This document shows, in pieces, positions 1-11,305 of a DNA stretch of 29,831 nt (within the stretch, counting starts at the first letter, position 1; each line of letters begins with the position of its first letter). Source of the DNA: Bacteroidota bacterium. GTDB lineage: Bacteria > Bacteroidota > Ignavibacteria > UBA10030 > UBA8401. The DNA lies in assembly GCA_030824175.1 (NCBI GenBank), contig JAVBYH010000418.1:1-29831 (forward strand), given 5' to 3'. A model generated the notes under the pieces. The model had not been told where the DNA came from, searched no databases, and saw nothing but the letters and a program-made list of their open reading frames with translations. The translations under genes were made by a program, and so were the position numbers.

Positions 1-1191
1 AGCCCGGATTGCTCGCCACCACAAAGTCCGCCGCGGCTGCGTGCACATTCGTCATTTTACGCTCGAGGATCTTCATCGAGTCGTCGTAATGTGTCATATT
101 AAAGGTGCCCGCACTTCCGCAACACCACGAGGATTCAGGGAGTTCCACCGGCACGACCCCGGGGATCTGCGACAGCAGCGTTCTCGGCTGCACGGTGACC
201 TTCTGGGCGTGCGCCAGGTGGCAGGCGTCGTGATACGCCACGCGGTGCGCGAACGGCTCGGCGGGTCGTTTCCATTCGAACAGGGCGAGAAATTCAGTGA
301 GATCCACAACGAGCTTCGAAAAAGCCTCGGCCTTAGTTGCATACGCCGAATCGTCCTTCAGATAGTGCCCGTACTCCTTCATGAGCGCCCCGCATCCGGC
401 CGAATTGATGACAATGTAATCGAGGTCGTACCGCATGAACACGTCGATGTTCTTCCGCGCGAGCATGCGCGCCGTCTCGAAGTCGCCGTTGTGCGCCTGC
501 ATCGATCCGCAGCAGCCCTGGTCCTTCGGGATGATGATCTCGCAGTCGTTGTGCAGCAGCACCTTCACCGTGTCGTCGTTGATCTTCGAGAACGCGACGT
601 TCATGATGCAGCCGGAGAGGAATCCGATGCGGTATCTGATCTTCCCTGCCGGAAAGAGAATCTCGGGATGCGTCTCGTCGAAGAATTGATCGTCGATCCG
701 CGGCGAGAGTTTCTGGAGCTTCGCTAGCTTCGGCGCCACGGCGTTGAGGATCCCCGTCCTGTTCACGAACCATTCGAGGCCGCCGGTCTGGTAGAAGTGC
801 AGAAGCTTCGCAACGAACTTCAACTGAGCCTTGTTCGAGAGCACGTTCTTCAGGAAGATACGCTTGACGATCGTCGAGAGGAACGAATCCTTTCCCTGCA
901 TGGCGATCTGATTGCGCGCGGCTTCTACAAGCGATCCGTACTTCACTCCCGCCGGACAGGCCGTTTCGCATGCCTGGCAGTCCAGGCAGAAGTTCATTTC
1001 GTCGATGAATCCCTGCGTCATGTCGAGCTCGCCTTCGGCCACCGCCTTGATGAGGCGTATGCGGCCGCGCGGCGAGGAGCGCTCCCGGCCCGTGAGGGAG
1101 TATGTGGGGCATGTGGGCAGGCACAATCCGCAATGCATGCAGTTCGTGATGACGTCGTCGCTCGGTATGTCTATGCCGGTGAATCCGTTCT

Positions 1192-1195
<4 letters not shown>
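1..1195 (-). CDS. glcF: Glycolate oxidase-type Fe-S subunit (2x[4Fe-4S] ferredoxin domain plus CCG domains), 3' end runs off the window
   Basis: Not in the ORF track because it has no stop inside the window. Manual translation from ATG 1195 gives MKNGFTGIDIPSDDVITNCMHCGLCLPTCPTY...FCLDCQACETACP...QGCCG...YHDACHL...SWCCGSAG. ATGA overlap with the glcD stop. Confidence 0.9.
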
Positions 1196-4067
<2,872 letters not shown>

Positions 4068-4094
4068 GGTCCACACGACACAGGCACACGTCAG

Positions 4095-4134
4095 AAACAA
4101 CAAGACCGCACTCAACATGCGGTCTTGTTGTTTT
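4095..4134. terminator. Probable bidirectional intrinsic terminator between tpl and the convergent OMP gene
   Basis: Perfect 16-bp inverted repeat AAACAACAAGACCGCA (4095-4110) / TGCGGTCTTGTTGTTT (4118-4133), 7-nt loop, T-rich on both strands. Confidence 0.85.
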
Positions 4135-4156
4135 CCCTGTATCGTTCACAGCAGGC

Positions 4157-4915
4157 TCAGTTAAAGAAGCCGAACATGAGTCCGCCATTGATCGTGACGC
4201 CGTCAGTTTTCAGGTTCGAGGGCACGTTCTGGATCTCATCGTTGCCGTTCAATTCCCACGTCGCATTGAACAGGATCGGATACCCCACCCCGACGCGCAC
4301 CTGCATCCAGGTTAGAATGGAGTATTCTATGTTCAGATGCGGATTGAACGCCACGAACGTGCCGGCGAGCGACCGGTTCACGTTGACGGTCGGGGCATTG
4401 GTCCCGTATTCGTTCCAGAGGTCGCCCCATTTTTTAAATCCGCCGTCGTCGCGCGACATTTCGATCTCGATGGTGCCGCCGCCGATCGTGAAACCGCCCG
4501 CGATGTCGAGATGGTTAGACACCGGCACCACATAATCCATGAGAAAGCCGCCGTAGGTAACATTGTAGTCAACATCTTTTTTAACGGAGCCGGCGAGCGT
4601 GCTCGCGGACTTGTGACCGCCGGTGCCGAATCCGCCGATGCGGAGGTTCGGCAGGAACATGATGTAGCCGTACCCTTCGCCGCCGACGAGGAGCATCGGA
4701 TCCTTGTTCAGTTCAGGCATCCCGATACTCTTCAGCGTCTTGTTGATCTCATCGTTCTTGAACAATCCCAGCGAGGGTACCACGCCGCCGGCCCCTCCGA
4801 CCTTCACCCTTCGCGGTTCCTTCCACTCATTGGTGTCCTCAATGCTCTGTTGCGCGCTGACCGGTGCCGCCGAGGCGAGCACAATCAGGCATGCGATCAT
4901 CATCCACCGTTTCAT
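4157..4915 (-). CDS. Hypothetical secreted protein, probable outer-membrane beta-barrel
   Basis: Sec signal peptide (MKRWMMIACLIVLASAAPVSA|QQ), Gly/aromatic-rich alternating strands, C-terminal strand GGLMFGFFN, GGGGAG RBS. Confidence 0.7.
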   Translation of the reverse strand: MKRWMMIACLIVLASAAPVSAQQSIEDTNEWKEPRRVKVGGAGGVVPSLGLFKNDEINKTLKSIGMPELNKDPMLLVGGEGYGYIMFLPNLRIGGFGTGGHKSASTLAGSVKKDVDYNVTYGGFLMDYVVPVSNHLDIAGGFTIGGGTIEIEMSRDDGGFKKWGDLWNEYGTNAPTVNVNRSLAGTFVAFNPHLNIEYSILTWMQVRVGVGYPILFNATWELNGNDEIQNVPSNLKTDGVTINGGLMFGFFN

Positions 4916-4962
4916 AGCTATCTCCCCTGTTAATAATCATGAATTTTCAATTCATTTTTTGT

Positions 4963-4986
4963 GTAGGGCGAAATGATATTTCGCCC
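4963..4986 (+). repeat. REP-like GTAG palindrome (singlet)
   Basis: GTAGGGCGAAATGATATTTCGCCC; identical to the reverse complement of 27472-27495. Confidence 0.8.
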
Positions 4987-5026
4987 CGTCGCATACACCG
5001 TATAACGCATCCCCGCTTCTTTTGTT

Positions 5027-5770
5027 TCACCCCGCACACGTGCACGCCGCCCTTTTTTCCACACCGAACTTGTGCGTTTCCATCGTGAGCGCGTCGAACA
5101 CGAGCATTTTTCCGAGGAGAGGCACGCCCGTTCCAAGGACGTGCTTGATGGCCTCCGCAGCCTGTATGCTGCCGATGATCCCGGGCAGAACGCCGATGAC
5201 GCCGGCCTCGTCGCACCGGAAGATCACGCCTTCCTCAGGCGGCTCGGAATAGAGACAGCGGTAGCACGGTCCGGTTTCGCCGCAGAGCCCGAGGACGCGG
5301 CCCTCGAACCTGTGTATGCTCGCCTCGATGAGCATCTTTCGCGTGCGCGCGCATTCGTCTGAGATGACATAGCGCGTCGTAAAATTGTCGCTGCAGTCGA
5401 GGATGATATCGTACGGAGCGATGAGTCCGGTCGCATTCTCTTCGGCGATGCGCACGGGGATCGCATCGATGGCGATCGTGGAATTGAGGGCGCGGAGCTT
5501 CTCGGCGGCACGGACCGCCTTGCCGGCGCCCTGGTCGGCTTCTCCGTAGAGGATCTGCCGCTGAAGATTGGAAAGATCCACCGTATCGTTGTCGACGATG
5601 CCGATTCTTCCGACACCGGCGGCTGCCAGGTACAACAGCGCCGGAGAGCCAAGGCCGCCCGCCCCGATCACGAGCACACTCGCATCGAGGAGCAGTTTCT
5701 GGCCGCGCATGCCGATGCCCGGAATCACCATTTGCTTCCGGTAGCGCCGGATGATGTCCGATGATTCCAT
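5027..5770 (-). CDS. MoeB/ThiF/HesA family E1-like adenylyltransferase, no rhodanese domain
   Basis: GAGGLGS, DLSNLQRQ, DNF, GPCYRC, CDEAGV motifs. Whether it acts as MoeB or ThiF cannot be told from the sequence. Confidence 0.9.
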   Translation of the reverse strand: MESSDIIRRYRKQMVIPGIGMRGQKLLLDASVLVIGAGGLGSPALLYLAAAGVGRIGIVDNDTVDLSNLQRQILYGEADQGAGKAVRAAEKLRALNSTIAIDAIPVRIAEENATGLIAPYDIILDCSDNFTTRYVISDECARTRKMLIEASIHRFEGRVLGLCGETGPCYRCLYSEPPEEGVIFRCDEAGVIGVLPGIIGSIQAAEAIKHVLGTGVPLLGKMLVFDALTMETHKFGVEKRAACTCAG

Positions 5771-5771
5771 A

Positions 5772-6332
5772 TTATAATCCGAGCGTTTCCGCTTCCTCGG
5801 TTAACGCCTCGATCACGAATTGAATGTGCTCGTCGAGCGGCACACCGATTTCCGCCGCCCCCGCGACGATGTCTTCACGGCTCACGGCCCGTGCAAATCC
5901 CTTGTCCTTCATCTTCCGCTTCACCGATCCCAGCTCAACTTCCGCCATTTTCCTGTTCGGCTTCACGAGCGCGCAGGCAGTGAGAAAGCCGGAGATTTCG
6001 TCGCACGCGAAGAGGGCCTTCGCCATGAGCGACTCGCGCGGCACGTTCGTATACGAGGCATGGCCGAGAATTGCCGTGCGGATTTCCTCGGCATACCCCT
6101 TCTCCTTCAATATCTCCGATCCCTTGAACGGATGATCCGGCATCGTCGGATACATCTCGTAATCGAAATCATGGAGCAGTCCGACGATCCCCCATGTGGT
6201 TTCGTCCTCGCCGAATTTGCGCGCGTACGCGCGCAGTGCGATATCGACTGCGAATGCATGCTTGCGAAGGCTGTCTGATTTCGTGTATTCAAAAAGAAGC
6301 GCGAGGGCGCTTTCCCTGTCTGATGCCGTCAT
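5772..6332 (-). CDS. HD-domain (HDIG-like) metal-dependent phosphohydrolase
   Basis: LRKH...GLLHDFDYE...DH...ILGHA...LFACDE. Start moved to ATG 6332 (TAATG overlap with the nth stop). Confidence 0.85.
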   Translation of the reverse strand: MTASDRESALALLFEYTKSDSLRKHAFAVDIALRAYARKFGEDETTWGIVGLLHDFDYEMYPTMPDHPFKGSEILKEKGYAEEIRTAILGHASYTNVPRESLMAKALFACDEISGFLTACALVKPNRKMAEVELGSVKRKMKDKGFARAVSREDIVAGAAEIGVPLDEHIQFVIEALTEEAETLGL

Positions 6333-6997
6333 TATGCGGTTCCCGTCGTGGAGGATGGACAAAATGAATTGAAGACGCACTCCGGACACTTCGGAGAACG
6401 AGCGATGCACACGGCTCTTCCATGAAGAATGATCGCATGCGAGAAAAAGATCCATGAATTTTTCGGGACGATGGCGTTGAGGTCCCGTTCGATCTTTTCG
6501 GGATTGTCATTGTCGGTGAGTCCGAGCCGGTTCGAGAGGCGTATCACATGCGTATCGACGACGACACCCGAGGGGATGCCGAAGGCGCTGCCGAGCACGC
6601 AGTTTGCCGTCTTGCGGCCCACACCGGCGAGCGATTCGAGCGCCTCCATCGTGTTCGGCACCTCTCCGTTGTAGCGGTCAACGAGCGCCGCCGCGCACGC
6701 GATGATGTTCTTCGCCTTGTTCCTATAGAATCCGGTGGAACGTATCATGTCCTCGAGCTCCGCCGGATCCGCCTTCGCAAAGTCCCGCGCCGTGTGGTAC
6801 TTGTCGAAGAGCGCGGGCGTCACCATGTTCACGCGCACGTCCGTGCATTGCGCCGAGAGAATTGTCGCAACCAGCAACTGCAGCGGCGTCCGATGCTCGA
6901 GCGCCGTATGCGCATCGGAATAATGTTTCCTGAGCAGCGGGAGTATCTTTTTTATCCGCTCTTTCTTCGCTTCCGTCGTGTCGGTCTTTTTTGTCAT
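6332..6997 (-). CDS. nth: Endonuclease III
   Basis: LSAQCTD, HhH motif LAGVGRKTANCV, VDTHV, C-x6-C-x2-C-x5-C [4Fe-4S] motif. Confidence 0.96.
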   Translation of the reverse strand: MTKKTDTTEAKKERIKKILPLLRKHYSDAHTALEHRTPLQLLVATILSAQCTDVRVNMVTPALFDKYHTARDFAKADPAELEDMIRSTGFYRNKAKNIIACAAALVDRYNGEVPNTMEALESLAGVGRKTANCVLGSAFGIPSGVVVDTHVIRLSNRLGLTDNDNPEKIERDLNAIVPKNSWIFFSHAIILHGRAVCIARSPKCPECVFNSFCPSSTTGTA

Positions 6998-7060
6998 CGA
7001 TGGATCGGGCCCTGTCTATCCTGAATATGGCCGGACTGTCTCCCGGCCGCCTGTGAAAAT

Positions 7061-7089
7061 AATATACACGTCGGATGGGTCACTTGCAA
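7061..7089 (-). promoter_or_regulatory. Putative sigma70 promoter of the nth operon
   Basis: TTGCAA-N17-TATATT on the minus strand. Confidence 0.55.
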
Positions 7090-7142
7090 TGTCGGCGCCA
7101 TGTAGGCGCCGCGAAAGAAGATTGGGCGCAAGTATAAACGCA

Positions 7143-7177
7143 CAAACGCCTCATAGTGGTGAGCTATGAGGCGTTTG
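7143..7177 (-). terminator. Hairpin / probable terminator downstream of tRNA-Lys
   Basis: Perfect 14-bp stem CAAACGCCTCATAG / CTATGAGGCGTTTG, 7-nt loop, followed by TGCGTTTATACTT on the minus strand. Confidence 0.7.
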
Positions 7178-7185
7178 ATGTGGTG

Positions 7186-7258
7186 TGCACCCACCAGGAC
7201 TCGAACCTGGAACCCAATGATTAAGAGTCATTTGCTCTACCAATTGAGCCATGGGTGC
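7186..7258 (-). tRNA. tRNA-Lys (anticodon CTT); CCA not encoded in register
   Basis: Cloverleaf: acceptor GCACCCA/TGGGTGC, D-arm GCTCAATTGGTAGAGC, anticodon arm AATGA-CTCTTAA-TCATT, T-arm CCAGG-TTCGAGT-CCTGG. Confidence 0.96.
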
Positions 7259-7285
7259 GGTGCGTTTCTCTCGAAACGTGTTACT

Positions 7286-7314
7286 AAAGTACTGCTTTTT
7301 TTTTTCTAAGTCAA
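7286..7314 (-). promoter_or_regulatory. Putative sigma70 promoter of tRNA-Lys
   Basis: TTGACT-N17-TACTTT, with an A10 tract in the spacer. Confidence 0.7.
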
Positions 7315-7354
7315 CAACGCAGGCAACTTTTTCGTCGCCTTGCACTACTTTTTT

Positions 7355-8245
7355 TCACATTGTTATGTCGAGCTGCATGTGGAACTGCAGAAGCGGATAT
7401 GGATCCTGATTCACGATGTCGAATGGGAGGATGATCCGCTCCCCTGCGACGAATCGTACGTCCTCCATGAGCTGCACGAACACGCCGGGCGTGAAGCCCA
7501 CGATCCACTGCGAGGCGGTCGCCCTCCTGTCGTTCGTAAAATAGAACGGGCCGAGGCTCGTCTCCGGCACATAATCGACAAAGCGCTGTTTCGTCACGTA
7601 CGCGTTGACGAAAAAATTCACCGGCCACGACTGCCGCGTCGTGTTCACGGTCAGGCTGCCGAAGAGGTTGAGGTGGTTGTCCCTGTCGCTGTCCAGATAG
7701 AGCGACGTATCGCGCGAATCGTTTGTCTGTTTTACGACGACACGCGTGAGCGAACTGTAATGATTCGGGGTCGATTGCACGCCGAAATCGAAACGCACCG
7801 CCTGGGTCTCCTTTTCGTTGAAGATGCCGATGCCCGCAGACCATCCCCCGTACGTGCGGCCATAGAGACTCGAGATGCTCATGCCGAATCCGAGTGCCGC
7901 ATGATGGGATACGACATAATCGACATCGACGCCCCCCTCCATTTTAGGGATCCTCCACTTCAGGTTGTTGTCCGCGGGGGCCGAAGCGCGGTATGTCTCG
8001 GATTCGCTCAGTTCGAGGATGCCCGTCACGGTGTGTGTGAACGGCAGCGCGAGATGCGGCGTGATTGTGAAACGGTTCGGCTGAGCATCGCATGTGATCC
8101 TCACCGGAGGCACGGCGGCAGGGGCCGTGACATCGACATTCACGAGTGTTACAGACTCCGTGACACCGCAGCCGCCAAGCCCGAATACCGCTATCAGTAC
8201 TGCGAACGACACGCATCGATGCGCCCATGCCATATGGATCTTCAT
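7355..8245 (-). CDS. Hypothetical lipoprotein with beta-strand-rich, barrel-like C-terminal region
   Basis: Start moved to ATG 8245 (GGAG upstream). Lipobox-like LGGC at Cys26 after a hydrophobic stretch; alternating aromatic strands ending LLQFHMQLDITM. Confidence 0.65.
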   Translation of the reverse strand: MKIHMAWAHRCVSFAVLIAVFGLGGCGVTESVTLVNVDVTAPAAVPPVRITCDAQPNRFTITPHLALPFTHTVTGILELSESETYRASAPADNNLKWRIPKMEGGVDVDYVVSHHAALGFGMSISSLYGRTYGGWSAGIGIFNEKETQAVRFDFGVQSTPNHYSSLTRVVVKQTNDSRDTSLYLDSDRDNHLNLFGSLTVNTTRQSWPVNFFVNAYVTKQRFVDYVPETSLGPFYFTNDRRATASQWIVGFTPGVFVQLMEDVRFVAGERIILPFDIVNQDPYPLLQFHMQLDITM

Positions 8246-8268
8246 AGTGTTCTCCGTAAATGAACAAT

Positions 8269-8297
8269 AACCTAGGAAATTTCCAGGAAACATTCAA
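8269..8297 (-). promoter_or_regulatory. Putative sigma70 promoter of the lipoprotein gene, with a palindrome in the spacer
   Basis: TTGAAT-N17-TAGGTT; spacer contains the perfect palindrome GGAAATTTCC (8275-8284). Confidence 0.5.
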
Positions 8298-8353
8298 TCA
8301 GATTCCTCCGCCCGATCGAGGGCCTGCTTGTCCGCCGTCACACACCGTTCAAT

Positions 8354-8394
8354 AAAAAAAATGCCGCTCCCCGATGTGAGGAACGGCATTTTTT
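8354..8394 (-). terminator. Intrinsic terminator of secG
   Basis: Minus strand ATGCCGTTCCTC-loop-GGGGAGCGGCAT (G-U pairs form on this strand) followed by a T run. Confidence 0.8.
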
Positions 8395-8460
8395 AATGTT
8401 CAATTGCACTATCACACAGCCCGGTACGAAGCGAGTGCGCGCGTGTGAAGGCCTTCGATC

Positions 8461-8799
8461 TTACTGTCCCTGAGCGGGAGCCGGTGCGGGCTGCTGCTGG
8501 GGCACCGAAGCGGGCGGCACGGAGGACTGACCCGACTGGATCACGCTGTCCGTTGCTTTCGCACCTTTTCCGGGAAGGAAAAAAATGTTGGTCAGAAGCG
8601 CGATGATGATGAACGCCGCAGCCAAATAACTTGTTGCTTTAATAAGAAAGTCGGCTGTTCGTCGCACACCGAACACTGTGCCGATGTTGCCGCCTCCGAA
8701 CGATCCGGCAAGACCGCCTCCCTTGCTGTTCTGCATGAGAATGGCGATCGTGAGGAAAAAGCAGATGATGATTTCAAGAATGATCAAAAAGGTGTACAT
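8461..8799 (-). CDS. secG: Preprotein translocase subunit SecG
   Basis: ILMQNSKGGGLAGSFGG...FG...RTADFLIKAT pattern, two TM segments, Pro/Gln-rich tail. Confidence 0.93.
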   Translation of the reverse strand: MYTFLIILEIIICFFLTIAILMQNSKGGGLAGSFGGGNIGTVFGVRRTADFLIKATSYLAAAFIIIALLTNIFFLPGKGAKATDSVIQSGQSSVPPASVPQQQPAPAPAQGQ

Positions 8800-8822
8800 G
8801 GCGCTTCCTTATCAAAAATATG

Positions 8823-8851
8823 TTGACACAAATCTAACAATTTGCTACTCT
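8823..8851 (+). promoter_or_regulatory. Putative sigma70 promoter of the metallophosphoesterase gene
   Basis: Consensus TTGACA-N17-TACTCT. Confidence 0.65.
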
Positions 8852-8859
8852 AAATGCAA
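8831..8859 (-). promoter_or_regulatory. Putative sigma70 promoter of secG
   Basis: TTGCAT-N17-TAGATT on the minus strand, interleaved with the plus-strand promoter. Confidence 0.55.
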
Positions 8860-8906
8860 GATGAAATTTTTCGAAACACACTTTTTCCACAGGTAAGAGC
8901 AACACT

Positions 8907-9773
8907 ATGCAGGAACAGCGAATCATCCACGGCCGCGGCATGACGCGGCGCGACTTTCTCCGCACCGGCACCATCGGGATCTCCTCACTCGCCTTCGTCG
9001 GATCGTCATACACGATTTCAAGCAACGAGGACTATGACCTCGTCGAGCGCATCGTCACAATTCCGCGGCTGCCGGAGGCGTTCAGGGGATTCTCCATCGG
9101 ATTGTTGAGCGATATCCATTCGAGCGTCTTCATGAACAAGGAAGACATGGATGCGTACGTGATGGCCATGAACGCCCTCTCCCCCGATATCATCTTTGTG
9201 ACGGGCGATTTCGTGAACAGCAAGACGAGCGAGGTGTATCCCTTCGTCGAGTCCTTCTCGCAGTTGAAGGCGCCGCACGGCGTCTGGGGCGTGCTCGGAA
9301 ACCACGATTACTTCGCCGATGTCGAAACCGTATCGAAGGAAGTCGACGCCTGCGGCGTGAAACTCCTGCGCAACGACGCCGTAACTGTTGCCATCGGTTC
9401 ATCGGTCATCAATATCGTTGGCGTCGACGATATCGGTCGGGGCGCCAGGGCCTCGGAATACATCGGCCGCGCGCTTTCCTCCGTCACAAACGCCGCACCG
9501 AGGATCCTGCTCTGCCACAAGCCGTACTTCATGGAAGATTTTTCCGCGAATGCGTTCGATCTCGTGCTCAGTGGTCATACGCACGGGGGACAGATTGTCT
9601 TCGCGAAGATTAACGACACATATATCACTCCGGCCTCGTTGTGGTCGAAGTATGTGTGGGGACTCTATCGCCACAACGACACGCAGCTCTACGTCAACCG
9701 CGGTCTAGGCTCCGTCGGCATACCGTTCCGCATGAACTGTCCGCCGGAACTCACGAAGCTCACGCTGGCATGA
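8907..9773 (+). CDS. Calcineurin-like metallophosphoesterase (YkuE-like) with twin-arginine signal
   Basis: TRRDFLR Tat motif; DIH, GDF, GNHD, H, GHTHGGQ metal motifs. Start could be ATG 8940. Confidence 0.88.
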   Translation: MQEQRIIHGRGMTRRDFLRTGTIGISSLAFVGSSYTISSNEDYDLVERIVTIPRLPEAFRGFSIGLLSDIHSSVFMNKEDMDAYVMAMNALSPDIIFVTGDFVNSKTSEVYPFVESFSQLKAPHGVWGVLGNHDYFADVETVSKEVDACGVKLLRNDAVTVAIGSSVINIVGVDDIGRGARASEYIGRALSSVTNAAPRILLCHKPYFMEDFSANAFDLVLSGHTHGGQIVFAKINDTYITPASLWSKYVWGLYRHNDTQLYVNRGLGSVGIPFRMNCPPELTKLTLA

Positions 9774-9821
9774 ACTGGCATGAAAGAGACATGCGATTTT
9801 TCCTGAGGCATGAAATAGGTG

Positions 9822-9850
9822 TTGAAATTCGACGGTGATTTGTCTATATT
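9822..9850 (+). promoter_or_regulatory. Putative sigma70 promoter of tdk-PNP
   Basis: TTGAAA-N17-TATATT. Confidence 0.6.
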
Positions 9851-9894
9851 TTTCGGCAATTCAATATTCGTCTCATCACTCATGCCCTCTTTCT

Positions 9895-10467
9895 ATGGAA
9901 GTCACACTGCATTCAACGCCGCAAAACACAGGATGGATCGAAGCCGTTGTCGGTTGCATGTTCAGCGGAAAAACTGAAGAATTGATACGCCGTCTCCGCC
10001 GCGCGCAGATCGCCCGGCAAAAAGTCCTGATCTTCAAACCGAAGATTGACAATCGTTATAGTGCCAATCAGATCGTGTCGCACAGCGAACAATCGCTCGT
10101 CTCCACCGTCATCGAAAATGCTGAGGAGATCCTCGCTCTCGCCGCCGACGCGCAGGTGATCGGCATCGATGAAGGACAGTTTTTCGGCGCGAACCTCATC
10201 GAAGTGTGCGAACAACTCGCCAACAGCGGGAAGCGCGTGATCGTCGCGGGCCTCGACCAGGATTACCGCGGAAAGCCCTTCGAACCCATGCCGGCGCTCA
10301 TGGCGGTATCCGAATATGTCACAAAGACGCTTGCCATTTGCATGGTCTGCGGGAATCCCGCCGATCGGACACAGCGCACAACGGACTCGCATGAGCGCGT
10401 CGTCGTCGGCGCAAAAGGCGCATACGAAGCACGCTGCCGACACTGCTTCGAACCGCCGAAGGAATAA
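9895..10467 (+). CDS. tdk: Thymidine kinase (type II, TK1-like)
   Basis: [12 protein letters not shown]-loop, [14 protein letters not shown], Zn-binding CMVC...CRHC. Start moved to ATG 9895. Confidence 0.95.
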   Translation: MEVTLHSTPQNTGWIEAVVGCMFSGKTEELIRRLRRAQIARQKVLIFKPKIDNRYSANQIVSHSEQSLVSTVIENAEEILALAADAQVIGIDEGQFFGANLIEVCEQLANSGKRVIVAGLDQDYRGKPFEPMPALMAVSEYVTKTLAICMVCGNPADRTQRTTDSHERVVVGAKGAYEARCRHCFEPPKE

Positions 10468-10470
10468 CAC

Positions 10471-11289
10471 ATGACAATTACCCTTTCAGAATCGATCGAC
10501 GCTATCCGATCGCGGGCGCCGCTGGTTCCCACCATCGCACTCGTGCTCGGTTCCGGGCTGGGCGATTTCGGCGATCATCTCTCGAACACTATTTCCATCG
10601 GCGCCGGCGAGATCCCCCATTATCCCATGTCGTCTGTTTCAGGGCATGCGGGAAGGATACTCTTCGGAACGCTCGAGGACGGGGGAAGGAAAACGACGCA
10701 GCTCGTTGTGTTTCAAGGGCGCGTACATTACTATGAATGCAGCGATCTCGGGAAGGTTGTGTATCCGATACGCGTCGCGCGCGCGCTCGGCGCCACAACG
10801 CTTTTCGTCACCAATGCCGCGGGCGGCGTTAATCGTCTTTTCACTCCCGGCGATCTGATGTTCATCCGGGACTACATCAATATGACAGGCGAGAATCCGC
10901 TCATCGGCCTGAAGGGCGCCGTGGGGCAGAGAATCCGGCCTGCATTCGATCCGGAACTCCTGGCCATAGCCCGGCGGACCGCCTTGAACCATGCCATCCC
11001 GACACAGGACGGCGTCTATTGCTGGACGAAGGGGCCCACGTACGAAACGGCGGCGGAAATACGCATGATGGCAGGTGCCGGCGCCGACGCCGTGGGAATG
11101 TCGACAGTGCCCGAAGTGATCGCCGCATCCCAGCTTGGCATGCGAACGCTCGGCATCTCGTGCATCACGAACATGGCCACCGGACTCTCGAAGGAGAAAT
11201 TGTCGCACGCCGAGGTCACCGAAACGGCCAATACGGTGAAGGCGAATTTCACGCGGCTGCTTACAGAGATCCTGTTCGCCCTATCCTGA
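10471..11289 (+). CDS. punA: Purine-nucleoside phosphorylase (trimeric PNP I / XapA family)
   Basis: LGSGLG, VSGHAG, QGRVHYYE, TNAAGG, GPTYET.AE, VGMSTVPE, ITN...H.EV. Confidence 0.93.
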   Translation: MTITLSESIDAIRSRAPLVPTIALVLGSGLGDFGDHLSNTISIGAGEIPHYPMSSVSGHAGRILFGTLEDGGRKTTQLVVFQGRVHYYECSDLGKVVYPIRVARALGATTLFVTNAAGGVNRLFTPGDLMFIRDYINMTGENPLIGLKGAVGQRIRPAFDPELLAIARRTALNHAIPTQDGVYCWTKGPTYETAAEIRMMAGAGADAVGMSTVPEVIAASQLGMRTLGISCITNMATGLSKEKLSHAEVTETANTVKANFTRLLTEILFALS

Positions 11290-11305
11290 TTCCGCCCCCT
11301 TTCGC

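Noticed and set aside
7181-7190. tRNA 3' end reads A73-CACCA; considered as a prophage/ICE att scar
   Set aside because: No integrase and no second copy of the tRNA 3' end in the window; genes without encoded CCA are common.
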